A program made the translations under genes and the position numbers. Source: Azolla caroliniana (taxonomy: Eukaryota; Plantae; Polypodiophyta). Taken from it: a DNA stretch of 64,000 nt. Under the pieces are notes generated by a model. The model saw nothing but the letters and a program-made list of their open reading frames with translations. It was not told the DNA's origin and did not search any database. Positions 26,501 to 39,402 of the stretch are shown here, in pieces. The DNA lies in contig JBHGNT010000017.1 of assembly GCA_043228905.1 (NCBI GenBank), positions 16,120,001 through 16,184,000 of the forward strand, read 5' to 3'. Positions within the stretch are counted from its first letter, which is position 1. Every line of letters begins with the position of its first letter.

Positions 26501-29116
26501 CATACAAGAAGTTCATGAAATGATCATTGTAGTAGGCCACCTTTGGGGGAAACAAGTTCTCATGGTGAGCCATAGATCTTGCCCATTACCTTGTTTCATT
26601 CATCATTTTGGAGAGGTGTACAATATCGTAAGGATGGCAAGTTCTTGATGTCGAGCCCACTATTGCTAAACAGCTTCATCATTTGTCAGTACCATGATCT
26701 TTTTTCATGTTCTTTTGTTGCCATTTGCTTGATGCTTCAAATGCATTAATGTAATTCTTTAAGGTTGCATGGTTTAAATCCGGTTCACATGCCTCCTTTA
26801 ATTGTTAGGAATTTTGGTAGCAGCCAAACAAGTAACAATTGGCAACGGTTCGGTTCAGTTCGGTTTGAGGGTGTCAAACTCAAACTGTTTAAAAATATTA
26901 AAATTTAAACTGAATCACAAAACTGGTTAAACCGAACCATTAAAAAATATCCAAACTCAAACCAAAGGGTTTTAGAGATTTTCAAACTATTAAACCGTTA
27001 AAACCACGGTTTGCGGTTTGGTCTCAATTTTCAAGCTAGGTCAAATTTCAGTATTCAATTAATTTTTCAAATTTTAATTTTTTTCCTAAAATGTCAGGAC
27101 TAGGCTTAAAATGAAAAGGTTGTTCAGAAAAATATTTAAGAAAAAAATCAAGTGGCAACCGTTTCAACCATTTAAACCGTTTAAACCACGGTTTCAAACC
27201 ATTTGAACTGAATTAAACCAAACCAAACCAAATTGTTCACCCCCCAAACCAAAATGAAACGAAACCGAACTGTTTAAACCGTTAAGCCGCAGTTTTGCAG
27301 TTCATTTCGGTTCAAACCGAACTTTTGACAATTGCTACAAACAAGGGCATTGTCCTGCAACCAGAGGAATTAACCACAACTGCAATACATGGGCCACATA
27401 ATAAGTAGCCATGTAGATAATAGTGTTTATACACTAATACAAGAAGATCTAGGCATCAATAGAAACACTTCCAAATGCAGTTCTTCAAAATGATAGCCAA
27501 AACTTAGGAGTTTGTAAATTGCATTCTGCAGCTCTGCATAATTACTTAAATAGACATATTACGACTTACCAATCGACCATGGTAATTGGCTAGTATTTTG
27601 CATCAGAAATCTCATTGTTGCTCTTTATTAAGGATTCACCAAGTTGTACCTCAGAACATTTCTTGAAGACATGCATATACTTCAAGAATGCTTGGACCCT
27701 TCTTATCTTTGATAATTGGGGCCATCACTCCAAGCTAGTACCAAATGGCTTTGTAGTTTGGTTTAACATCTACTGATGCATCGCCTTTCCCGAGCCATGA
27801 TACATTGACATTGCAAAAAAGCCTCGTTCAAGAAGCCATCTACTGATGCATCATGAAGCAAATGTGTTACATCCCATTTTCTAAAAACATTTCTTCATAT
27901 TTCACATCCATCTAAAATCCGAATTTTGCTTTTATGTGCCTTTTGAATCTTTTTACTTGCTTCCAATGGGATCCCAGGAAGTCAACGCGCAGTTCTTGAA
28001 CCTTATGCATGTACCAATAACCTTTCCTATGGCCTTGATCAAAATTGTGTGTGATCTAATCTCAAGAAGTAGGAACATTTACGGTGTTTGTAGCTTACCT
28101 TGAAGAAACTTGATAAGGAAGAGCTTTTTGGACATTTTCAAATTCTTTCCAAGTGGACTTCAGGATTCTCTGTCCCATATTTCAACCCCATAGAGAAGCA
28201 TGAGTGTTAAAAAGCTGACATAAGAAGTGCTGACAATGAAGAAAGATGTATTAACGTCTGTTAAGACTCCAAAATGGCATATAAGACTCGACAAGAGAGA
28301 TTACATCTTAAAATGCTGTCTCGTCTTTGAGAGAGAAAGAGGGACTCATAATATTAAAGATTTACAAAAATGAATATTTCCATCTGCTAGATCTAATCAA
28401 CATTACGAAATTAGATGGCCATGAATAAGTTAATTTTCACAGTTTACAATTTATAAAATGTGGTTCATTGGCCAGCTTGAAATCATTCTCCAAGTACAAA
28501 AGAATTCCAAAAACTTGCCCAAAACACACCTTTTTTAAAATAGACAAAAGACCATGTAACAAGCATTGCTTTGCTTTGTATTTTCGTTTCCAATCTGCTG
28601 TGTATTCCTTGATGAAAACAGTCAAAACATATTTTTCTCATGCAGTGAATGTACTGAAATGAAAAGAAGTACTAATAATCACCTTGAGGCTCAATACCTC
28701 CGCTTTCCTGTTTTGCATCTTGCACACTCGTGTAAGAACCTCCTTGTTCGAGTTTTAACAAGTCTTTGCAATCACACTTCCAATGTATCGGACAATCAAA
28801 CTTCATCTCATCCGGTGGAGGAAGTAAATCTTGAATCAATTCTGCACATATTTTCTTTACATTGGTTCCAACCACATTAATTTGGTTTTCTACATACTTT
28901 GACGTTTCCTGCACCATAACGATGATAAAATCAAGTTCATTAGCATCCCAAAAGCATAGGACAGCAAATGATAATGATGTCTACCTGTATCAACAAAGAT
29001 GGTTTATTATCGACTTCAACATAAATGTCTTCTAGTTTTTGGTACATTCGATCGATCCAAGACAGATGCTTCACAAGAGTGTATGACTGTGTTTCTGCTC
29101 CATTTTTCGGACCCAT
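17523..29116 (-). CDS. Uncharacterised conserved plant protein (Fb32-like/At2g31130-like family), ~455 aa, 4 coding exons
   Basis: Phase-compatible exons 29116-28985, 28908-28683, 25264-24453 and 17720-17523 (1368 nt). N-terminal WIDRMYQKLEDIYVEVD..QETSKYVENQINVVGTNVKK..QDLLPP and C-terminal ESDWVLI match this family as recalled. Likely 5' UTR exon donor near 30240. Confidence 0.75.
19250..20600 (+). mobile_element. Degraded LINE (RTE-X-like), ORF1 end and AP-endonuclease, intronic
   Basis: RIYLDDDLIPT...RDGKVVIT*, then IWNCNG, ICYFPP and GGVSTVDYLMGS. Confidence 0.7.
20730..21090. repeat. Local tandem duplications
   Basis: gtggaatctgaaga...atgttt occurs 3x; caaggctttggt.cactacacaaggtaatggaatat occurs 2x. 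Confidence 0.8.
21420..22560 (-). mobile_element. Degraded LINE RT (RTE-X-like)
   Basis: PILKSGD..NYRTI, QAGF..GFTTLDHIL, FVDFRKAFD, GCPLSPTLFGLYID, LLYADD. Confidence 0.85.
22631..23420 (-). mobile_element. Two short copies of a LINE/SINE 3' end with (TTTC)n tail; a third copy at ~28240-28335
   Basis: gatatattaac.tctt.taaga.gccaaaatggcctataagacc repeated at ~22646, ~23081 and ~28246. Confidence 0.6.
26000..28210 (-). mobile_element. Degraded LINE C-terminal half, interrupted by a MITE
   Basis: Remnants LLYGVEIW, YAICQLRV..H and a Cys-rich tail. Confidence 0.5.
26833..27337. mobile_element. hAT-type MITE
   Basis: Imperfect TIRs TAACAATTGGCAA / TTGACAATTGCTA; exact 8-bp TSD CAAACAAG (26825-26832, 27338-27345); many (A)AACCG subterminal motifs. 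Confidence 0.9.
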
Positions 29117-30537
29117 TTGCCCTTTTCAATAGATTTATGAGGGCAGAATTCAGTAGTCCGAGTTTTAAAAACAGAATATAGAATAGAAGAAACAAAATCC
29201 CGCAATACCTTAAACTCTTTAATAGTTAAACAAGCAAAAGAAAAGCATTATATCCTTAAACTCAAACCGAGAATTGAGTGGACGCAACTAGAAGCACACG
29301 AAACATCATCTTTATGACCCATTTGTCATTCATCTTTGGCTTCATGAGGGCATAGTTCAGAAAGCCAAACATTTTGGCTCATTCAAACACTTGAAGAGAA
29401 AATAAAAACCCTCAAAGCCCTTCAGGGTATAGTACACTCCAAGACTTTCATCCCATCCATAGAATTAAATGCAACTAAAAGCTCAGAAGCCCCAAAGAAC
29501 CTTAATCATATAATAATCTTGAGACCCCAGATAACATAATTAATTAGCAGAGAGATTTTCGACTATTTTATTGCCATGCAACACGTTTATGGAACATTCT
29601 AGTAGCAAAACAAATTATGAATTTGAAAAAAATGAAAGTTTAGAACAATATATACCACCTTCAAAAATATTCTAGCGGATTCTAGTGGACCAAAAAACGT
29701 ACATATAAGAGAAAATAATAATTTAGAACAATCTGCAACAATTAACAACTTCCTTTTTTTAAATATTCTGGGCATGTAATAACCCAATTTGTAAACCCCC
29801 TTTAATTACCAACTTAAAGCACATACTTTCACTTGTATGATCGATCAAATAATTCATATGGAATATTAATTATGTGCAAACATTTTTACTTCTTTCAGAA
29901 CCCAAAAACTTCAAGGACAATTTATCTATGTATTTAATTTAGAGCACTGTTGGGGTGTAAGACCCGAACAAACACAAAACACTTTCACTTTTCAAAAAAA
30001 CGAAATCAGAGGGAAGAAAGGAAAGTGAAGACACGGAATTTAGTTGACCCTAAGGTAATCAGACAAAGACCCAAAAACGGGGCGTACTTCTCCAAAGATT
30101 CAGAAAAGCAAACATATAGATATAGATATCTAGAACAGGAAACAGCCACATACATGTAAATAAGTATGAGTCTGTGAGAAACCAAGGAGAACATATAGAA
30201 AAGGATCAGAGCAAGAAAAAGCTTTGAGATGAGCACATACCTGTTGTCTTCTAGCTGTGCTTCAAGAGGGGGTCTGTGATTCTAGAGCAAAATGGTGAGA
30301 AGAGGAGAGAAAGCAGATTTTTCTTATTATTCATGACAAGAAGAAGCCCTCTGATGTGTAAAAAGATATGTGTCCCCCACTCCCAGACATTGGTTTTGGT
30401 GGGCACACATTTGTTATGTAATATGCCCTCCTGGCACCATTCTTCCCGGTGCTTTTTCTTCTATCCTTCTCTGATTGCTTTACGCGATGTTTCTCTGGAT
30501 AATGTTTCGGTAGGCTCCTCCATGAGTCAGTGGTGTG

Positions 30538-31076
30538 ACATAGAGAATGTTGCCTCGCCAGGTAGGCAATGAGAGAAGCTCGACATATTGCTTGCCAGTG
30601 TTTAACTCGTCCTTGGGGTAGTAGTAGTTCTGGTCACGCTCTTTTCGCATGAGATGGAGAATGTTGCTTCGTTTCAAACACAACGGAGAAGCATAGGCAC
30701 TTGATCGGAAGGCGATGAGAGAAGCTCGACTGATTGTTTGCCATCATTTAGCTCGTCCTTGGTAGTAGCAATTAATGTCACGTGCTTTCACATAACATAA
30801 AGAATGTTGCCTCGTTTCATAGGCAACGAAGAAGAATAGGCATTGATCTGAAGGCAAGGAGAGAAGCTCGACTGTTTGCTTTCCATCATTTACCTCGTCC
30901 TTGGTAATGGTGGTTAATGTCACGTGCTTTCACATAGCATAGAGAATGTTGCCTCATTTAGCAGGCAACAAAGAAGAAGAGGCACTAGTCAGAAGGCAAG
31001 GATGGAAGCTTGTCTGATTGCTTGCCAGTGTTTAGCTCATCATTGGTAGTAGCAGTTAATGGCACGCGCTTTCACA
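30538..31076. repeat. ~143-bp tandem repeat, about 4 copies, upstream of the minus-strand gene
   Basis: agaatgttgc recurs at ~30544, 30658, 30801 and 30943. Confidence 0.85.
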
Positions 31077-31514
31077 AATGGCGTAAACCTCGTACTAGGA
31101 CTTGCATCATGTTGTTTTCGATGCATTTTAAGATAAAATGTTTAAGAAACCTAGGCCAAACATAAACTTGAGAATGGTAAAATTTGTCTTGAAAGGAAGG
31201 GGCTCCTCGCTTCCAAAGGGAATTAGAAATGACTGAGGCAAAGAAATTAACCCCCAGGTGAAGTGGAATCAAAACATGGTTTGTTCATCAAGCAAGAACA
31301 ATATGACCTAAGCAAGTGAGGAATCCACCTCAACAATGATAGACCACTATTAGGTCAATATGTCCATTGTCATTTAAGAACGATTTCAAGAATGTCTTGT
31401 AGACATATATAGATGTGTGTGTGTATGTATGCATGTATGTATGCATATATAGGAGATAGGGTCATGAATATGCATTGGTATTCTACCACCAACATGCAAT
31501 GCATACATACACAT

Positions 31515-31569
<55 letters not shown>

Positions 31570-31599
31570 GAGAGAGAGAGAGCACAAGATTCTATTATT

Positions 31600-32375
31600 G
31601 TCATTGGAGGTCAAATATGGCATATGAGACCAAAAATATTACATTTCATGTGCTACATGTGAAAGTGAGTAGCGACTCTCGATGTTCAAGAACTTTACCA
31701 ATGAATGTTGCAATCGAGAGTGCAAATTGTGATCGTGAGAGAAATTCATGCATGCATTGGGCTTGGTTGAAGATGTGTGGACAACATGGTCGAATATGAT
31801 CAAAGGCAGAGCATTGTATCAAAGTGTGATACTCATACTCTCGAACATGTTAAAGGCAAAGTGTGCATAGTCGACCACTCTCATCACTTGTGCCCCAACG
31901 CCCCACCTCACATTGCAATGTGTGTCAGCTAAGTCGCATTGAAGCACTTGTTCGAATGGCATATAACGGGATGTGTATAGTTCCGCTAAGAATAGGGTTT
32001 TGTTGTTAGGGGCAACATGTGTAGTATAATGTGTGAAGCGTGAACCTTCACATTTGTCCCATGTCATGATACATTGGCATTGCAAAAGGCCTCATTTATA
32101 GAGGAATCTAATGATGCATCCTAAAGCAAGTGTGTTGCATCCCATCTACCAAACCTTTTTTTCATATCTTGCATCCAACCGTAACACAAAATGTTGCTTT
32201 CATGAGTCTTTTGGATCTGTTTGCTTGTTACCCATGCAATTCTAGGAAGTCGATGCGAGGGACTTTTTTTAACCTTAAGCATGTATTGAACAACCCTTTT
32301 CCATGGCCATGATCTCAATGGGAAGCGATCCCATCTCAAGGAGGAGGGTGTAGGGTGTTTGTTTCTTAACTTGTA
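31600..32375 (-). mobile_element. LINE 3' fragment (RTE-X-like) between microsatellites
   Basis: LLLEMGSLPIE, RLPRIAW, ILCYGWMQDMKKRFGRW; flanked by (CA)n/(GA)n. Confidence 0.6.
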
Positions 32376-32380
32376 GAGAG

Positions 32381-32420
<40 letters not shown>

Positions 32421-32523
32421 TGTGAGCATGTATTAATGTTCTACCACCAACATGCAATATTATGTTTCTCAAACATGATGTGCAAAAAGAACGCGTGTAA
32501 ATGCACTGCTCAAAGACCCAATA

Positions 32524-32904
32524 CATGTAGAAAACATTTCCAACAAGTTCACATTTCTTGTGCAAAATGTCACATACATGTCCACAATTTATGTTATGCT
32601 ACATGAATATGCACAATGAAGTTCCTTATGCATAGTGTTGTGTAATCTAATCATGTAGAAGACATTTCCAACAAGTTCACTTTGCTTGTGCAAAATGTCA
32701 CATACATGTCCACAATTTATGTTATGCTACATGAATCTGCCAATGAAGTTCCTTGTGCATAGTGTTGTATAATCTAATAACGTAGAAGACATTTCCAACA
32801 AGCTCACTTTGCTTGCACAAAATGTCACATACATGTCCACAATTTATGTTGTGCTACATGAATCAACACAATGAAGTTCCTAATGCTTAGAGTTGTATAA
32901 TCTA
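32524..32904. repeat. ~128-bp tandem repeat, 3 copies
   Basis: acatttccaacaag...tgtcacatacatgtccacaatttatg occurs 3x. Confidence 0.9.
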
Positions 32905-35849
32905 GGTGTGGCATAGGACAATATCTATCATGTGATGGTAGCCAAAGTCAGTTAATCCTATTAAGATAAGAATGATCAATTGACAATAGCTAAAAAGAAA
33001 AGATAAATGCGACGAATTGTGGTCCAGGAAACAAATGGTTGTGCAAGAATAATAGCTCAAACGAGCCTCAATTTGTTGTGTTGGAATGTAGAATACTTAA
33101 TATCCATGATGATCCATGATGTTTTGACTTAAAGTGATAGCGTGGAAATGAAATTAGTTAAAATGACAAGTATAAATAAATAGTTCACACTCCTTGATTG
33201 AAGGTTGCATTATAACATATTTTATGCTATGTGACATTCATCCACACAATGAAATTCCTAGTGCATATTATGTCACTAGATTATTGGCATATGCATGTAC
33301 ATCATTTCACACATAACAAGCGTGAATATTAAAATAGATAGTTCATGTTGGAATACACCCATTGATCTCAATGTCTGTCCCTCTCACCTTGATTTTCTAG
33401 GGGCATAGAATGTTCGTGGTTAAAACTTGCTCTAATTGACATGCATCTATCTCTTAGTTCTTATAAAAGTAGCTTTCAATATCACCAAACATCAACCTTA
33501 CAATTGTTTTGTGATATTTGGTGTCACATTCGATGAACTCCCCTAAACTTTTTGGGACGCACAATTGTCTTCAGTTTGCACCATGCCCCAAAACACATAC
33601 ATGCAGAATTCATATGAATCGGAAACGTGCTAGAAACACACGCATGTGGAAATTTTAAGATTGAGGAGACCATTTTTTATTTGTTTTGTTTTGAGAATCC
33701 AACTTCTATTAGAGGTATTTGCTCCTCGTTTCCTTAATGCCCTAAATTCTATGACCTTTAAAAGTGGTAACCAAATTAAAATTGAAGTCACTCATTTAAT
33801 TGAAACTTGTATCCCACTTTACTACAATCATTATCCTAAAGCAATAATAATATTGTTTTGTTTTGAGAGCCATTGTTTGAAAGGTTGTTGTAAAGCCTAT
33901 ACTTCAGACTAGTAAACCAATTGTATATTTCATGGTAATAAAGCATCCACCCAACTTGCAACAAGGTGCGGGTGGGTGGATGCTTGTTTTCCACACAAAA
34001 GCATGTTCCCATTTAATATTGATGTTAATGCATGCCTTTCTATTTTTTATTGAAGTGACACTTGTTTCTTCCTCAACGATAGCCACAAAGTATTTGGTAA
34101 TTCTTCTATCTTTCTTTTAGTTTTCTATACAGTGATTCAACGCTAAATTTGAAAACAAGAGACTATGCATCACATTGCACTTTGCACGTGATAACTTACA
34201 CCACAATCCAATTTCTATATATGTTGATTTATGTTGCGTAAGACTATTCTTGATGAGGTAGAAGTCTTATATACATGTTATACAAACACGATGCAAAGTG
34301 TTTGTCGTGGTTGTAGCTAGCAAGACTATTGATGATTGGTCACTAGAGACGTATGACCATCATAGACTTCCTTATTTCAACGGACATACTTCGGTGCTTG
34401 ATTAGGTACTACAAATTGAAACACGTTGGATATGCTTACTAATCAAGTTATTTTGTAATCAACGTGTGAAATTTTATGGTCGTTGATTTTTTAACTCTTA
34501 ATCAACATTCCCCGCCACATATGTGACAAGAGTCACCTTCCTCTTTTAACAAGAATAGGTTCAACAACAAGCCCAACCATGGATATGATCCGCAAATGAC
34601 AAAAGCATGCAATAGGCCATGTAGAACAAGAAGTTTGAATCAACATATTCTATTCAGGACATAAACAACTCGTAACAACCAGGGGCTTTGTGTATTTTCT
34701 TGTAATTAGAAAATTTTGTGAAAATGACAATATGTCAACCTTATAAAATATGATGATGTATAAAGGAGTAAAGAATCAAATGGCCATGGGAGATAGTACA
34801 TCGTAAAGGAGTGGTTGATAGAGGCACAATTTCACCCCGTCACCACAACAACAAAAGCACATTGAGTCGCCTATTCCAAAGGTCAAAGAAATACTGGAAC
34901 AAAGGTAGAAGCTTATGCAATTGGAGTGAGTAAGGAAGATTAGCATATATCATTGTAAATGATGTTGGTTAACATAAACGATTGGAATCAATGTAGATTA
35001 ACATAGACGATCATTGTATTGAATGATGTTTAGCAAATATCATTGTGATCCCTTAAGTAATAATAATTGTGTCCACTTCTCATCTTCCTCTTAATTATCC
35101 ATAGTCAATTAATTAACTAAGAGGACTTATGAGTGTTAATCAATTAAACAAGTAAGTTGTGTCTTCAAATTAATTAATGTAAGAGAGAGAAATTCACATG
35201 TCAAGTGTGTGTCATGCTATTGTGCACCCAACTCCCTTTGATTGTCTCGTGATCACCTATCTAAGTGGCCATGTCCTTAAAAAATACCATTCTCGTTACC
35301 GGCCACTAAAGTTTGAAGTTGAATTGACTAGTTTTCTCCACAGGTTGATCAAGGGTATTTTGGGAGATATATGATTTTTTAATTGGGAAGTTATTTGTGA
35401 GTTATCCCTAATTATTAATGATAAGTACTTATGTGGAGATAATAATATCGTATGATTGAATTAATTCACCCTAATATGACCATGTCAATTTTTTTGGAAA
35501 GACTGTCACAATCCAATGAGGGTATATTCACTATTGCGCTCTTGATTTCATTGGTCCTAGTCAAGACCTTGGGAAATCGAGTGCATAATAGCGATAGAGA
35601 ATGTTGAGAAACCAAGCTTCACCCTTGGAAGTATATGTACCTAATGAATGGGGTGGGTTAAATAAAAAAAGGTTAGGCATTATTATTACTAGCATATCAC
35701 GATAGAAGAGCGTTATGAGTTCATCATAAAACTTTCATTGATAAGAGGTATAATTTATGTATTGCCACATTAACTAAAGTTACTCGCGTTAATCTATGCA
35801 CCACAATTCATTATCGAAAACCATGCTATATGAAACAATCCAAGAATGA

Positions 35850-37300
35850 TGGTGCAATCTTTGTTTCTTGGACTCTTACCATGCTCTTAGTCAATAAGAC
35901 CATTTGGGCTTGGTCGTTCTTGAAGTTTAGTGCAACCTCAAGTCCATATTAATTCCCTCTCTCGACTAAGAGAATTCTCGTGCATTGGAATTTCTCCCCT
36001 CATTCAAGTGTTACACATTCTCTAGGGAGGAACCCAAACTAACGATATTAGGATACACTAGCAATTAGTTATTGCCCATTGTGTCAACAAGCCATCGTAT
36101 CTTCCTTCATTAGTTGGCTCAGATTCAATTTCTTCTGCCAACTCGGATTCACGTGCATCAGCATGATGTTGTGTGCCGATTGGCTCAGATTTGGCTTCAT
36201 CGGCCGGTTGTTGTTTGTCAACTGGCTATGTAGAAGTGAAGTCAAGTAGTATTAGATCCATAATGGGATTTCTTGATCGGGAAGACGACACTAGTTTCAG
36301 CTATTTCCAGTATTCAATCATATTATCTTCCATGAATACAATATCCCTACTCCTTGCCACCTATTTATCAAGGAGATCCCACAACCTGTAGCTGAACTCA
36401 TCTTCCAAGTACCCCAAGAATATGCAAGGTTTGGACTTGCTACCCAACTTTCACCTTTGATCTTTTGCAAAATGCATATAAGCTAAGCATCCGAACACCC
36501 TTAAGTGTTGGGTCTATCTACAACCACCGAGTCTAAATGTTCTTATTGGTTATGATCCACATAGAAGATTTAAGAAACTAAATCCACACCATTATTGTGA
36601 GAGAACCTACACTTCGTCCAACCAGAGAACTTGTCTTGGTCACCACTTCACACCCCTAGTTTGTGGTTGAGACTACCACATACAACTTCAATACAACCAA
36701 TGAAATATCATTCATGCACCAACCTATAAGTTTTGCTAGGTTCACTCCCGATCCCACCAAACACAACACTTGGGCATTTATTGAAGTTTATGACAAAAGG
36801 TGGTTCATCACCCAAAAAAAGGAAGCTCAAAATCCACTCTCATGGCCTTGGTCAATGTAGAAGTCCCTATTTAACAACAAAGTATGGTTCTCATAATTTT
36901 GGTTTTGCTATTGTGAAGTGCACATAAGATATCAAACCTAGTTTAGTTTTATGGCTAAGTAATCATGCTTCATGTGTAAATAATGGATTATACACCTTTG
37001 CACTAACTTAATGCTTGACATCTTCACACGGTGAAGTGCTTAGTGAACAATTGTTTGAGTAAATATGTAAACATTGAGGTAAAACGAACTACTAACTCTG
37101 CAATGATTGCTAGTTAGGTTACAATAGCTTGTTAGACCTAAGACTAACCCATCTACCATATTTTGCATCTAACTGAAACTTAATTACCTCTCCTTCCACG
37201 ATTGCTCTGGTTTCTTCAAAGAGTTAAAAGGCCATGTTTGGAGACTTTGATTAGCATAGAGCCTTAATGATTAATCTACATAGCCTACATTAAGACTCTT
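35850..37300 (-). mobile_element. Highly degraded Ty1/copia remnants
   Basis: HLRVFGCLAY...KSKPCIFLGY..FSYRLWD..SRDIVFME at ~36320-36510; weak RT-like traces beyond. Confidence 0.6.
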
Positions 37301-38341
37301 GAGTGTATTTTATGTGTGTGTCAATATCCCAATAGTTCACTTAAATGAGCAATCAAACACTTGACGATTACTTATGTTGTACTTTGTAGGCTCCAAAACA
37401 ACACAAAGTAACACCTGCTCAACATATAACAATATAATAAACTCTTGACGACATCCTATCCATGTCACATATTATAATAATTAGGTTGTTGAATTCTATT
37501 ATAAGAAAGGTCTTGCATACTTGTGATTGCTACCCATGTCATATTCCTTGTAGGTGGGATCCTCCTAAGCTTAGAAGAAGCTTATGGAAATTGATTTCGC
37601 CATGGGCAACATTAAGACGCTAACATTTTGTGACTTTTATTGAGGTGTGTTTGTCATGGTGTATATAGAACACGGTGTGTATTTGGCAAAAATAAGCCAA
37701 ATGTATATGTCAAAAGGGTACATGTAAATGGATAATTTGAGTAAAGGGTCTGGGGGTGTGTGTGTGTTATAAAAGGAGGATTTCGTCTCTTAGGTCCAAG
37801 CTCAATTGTCATCTAAGATACAAGGTGTAAAGCTATCGCTACTAATACAGTGTAAGCAAGAAGGTGTAACGCGACCTCTATTCCTATAATGCAAGAAAGG
37901 TACAAAGGTGTAAAAGGCCTTTGCAATGCAATTAATATATCTACACAAAAATGCAATTGTCCACTTAAAACTAGTGTCCTGTTAACCTCTTTATCTACAT
38001 AAGATTGATTGCATTTGCTTTGGTAAGAACATATATATCTATACTATAATCAGGGTAACTTGGGTCTAAACAAATAAGCATCCATTGTCTTATTGATTGC
38101 TTTGCTCGATAATGACAACGCGTCAGCTTTATCGCTTGTTGTTTCTCCGAATTCTCAAGGGGGGGGGGGGGGGGGGGGCTATGCTCGTTCCTCGTTGAAG
38201 CAACACAAGGGTTGCCCAGGGTACAAGCATGTGTTGACATCCAGATTATGAAGAGAACATACAATGTGTGAAAACAACCTATATTATTGCCAGATGTGCC
38301 TGTAAGAGCGAGCAGACGAGAGTTAGTTCGATGGTGGACAC

Positions 38342-38720
38342 TAGGAGTTAGCAATGTCTCCGCTCAAGCATGAAACCAAACCATTAAAAAATGGTTTGGT
38401 GGTTCAATTCGACTCGGTCCAAGCTTGAGCTTCCTTAACCGGTTTGAGCTCGGTTTGGGATGGCTCAAGCGGAATCAAATCATTTTGCGGTGAACTGGTT
38501 TAGAAACCAGTTCGGTTCAAGTTTGGCTCGGTTCAGGTTTGAGCTTCCTTAACCAATTTGAGCTTGGTTTGGGATGGCTCAAGCTGAACCGAATAATTTT
38601 GCGATGAACCGGTTTAGAAACCAGTTCGGTTCAAGTTTGGAAACTCTCAAACTAGTTAAGGCTTAACCGATTTGGTTTGGTTTTGCCGGTTGGCCGAAAC
38701 CGAACCGTTGCCGATTCCTA
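38342..38720. mobile_element. hAT-type MITE ~680 bp upstream of the IQD start codon
   Basis: TIR-like TAGGAGTTAGCAA / TTGCCGATTCCTA; exact 8-bp TSD GTGGACAC (38334-38341, 38721-38728); internal ~120-bp duplication. Confidence 0.9.
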
Positions 38721-39402
38721 GTGGACACAGACAAGGCTATAAAAGATCATCTCCTCCTCTCTTCTTTCTTCAAGTCTATCAATTCAATACAAATGAACCA
38801 AAAAATCCCTCTATTCCTTCCTTTCATAATAACAAATGCATTGCGTTATGGGGGGGAAGCGGCTAGTTTCGTAAATACGGGGAAAGATGTCGCTTTATAT
38901 TAATTTTATTTGCTTTCTAGAGAAGACGCTCTCTCTCTCTCTCTCTCTTGGAAAAAAAAGGAGGGAAAAAAGCATACATATGAAAATTTGAATTCGGGTG
39001 ACCGGCGGCAGCCGGTGGGAAAACGCAAAAAGCAAAAATCAAAGAACAACGAAGAAAGCCCTTCCTTCCTTCTCTGAACTGGAAAACGCAGACATTTCTG
39101 CAGGCGCTCAGCTCAGTCTTCTTCTTCTTCTTCTCTCGCCATAGCCTCCCCCCCCCCTCTCTCTCAGAGCCTTTCTCTGTAAATCCTTTCTCTCCTTTCT
39201 CCTTCTTCTTCTTCTTCTTCTTCTTCTTGGTCTGATTTCTCGTTCTTGGCCTTCGTCTCGGCCTCCTTCACGAATCACTTCCTCCTTTCGCCACGGCTCC
39301 CTCCTCTGCAGAGCTTCGGTACTCGCAGAGGAAATCTTATTCTCCCGTCTTCCCCTATTCTCCTTCTCTTCCTGCAGTTCATGCTCGCATTGTTCTCTCG
39401 CC

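Noticed and set aside
34960-35510. Possible old solo LTR
   Set aside because: TG/CA candidates exist, but no TSD, PBS or PPT could be fixed.
38159-38178. Poly-G runs (also ~11526-11538) as regulatory G-quadruplexes
   Set aside because: Simple homopolymers with no supporting context.
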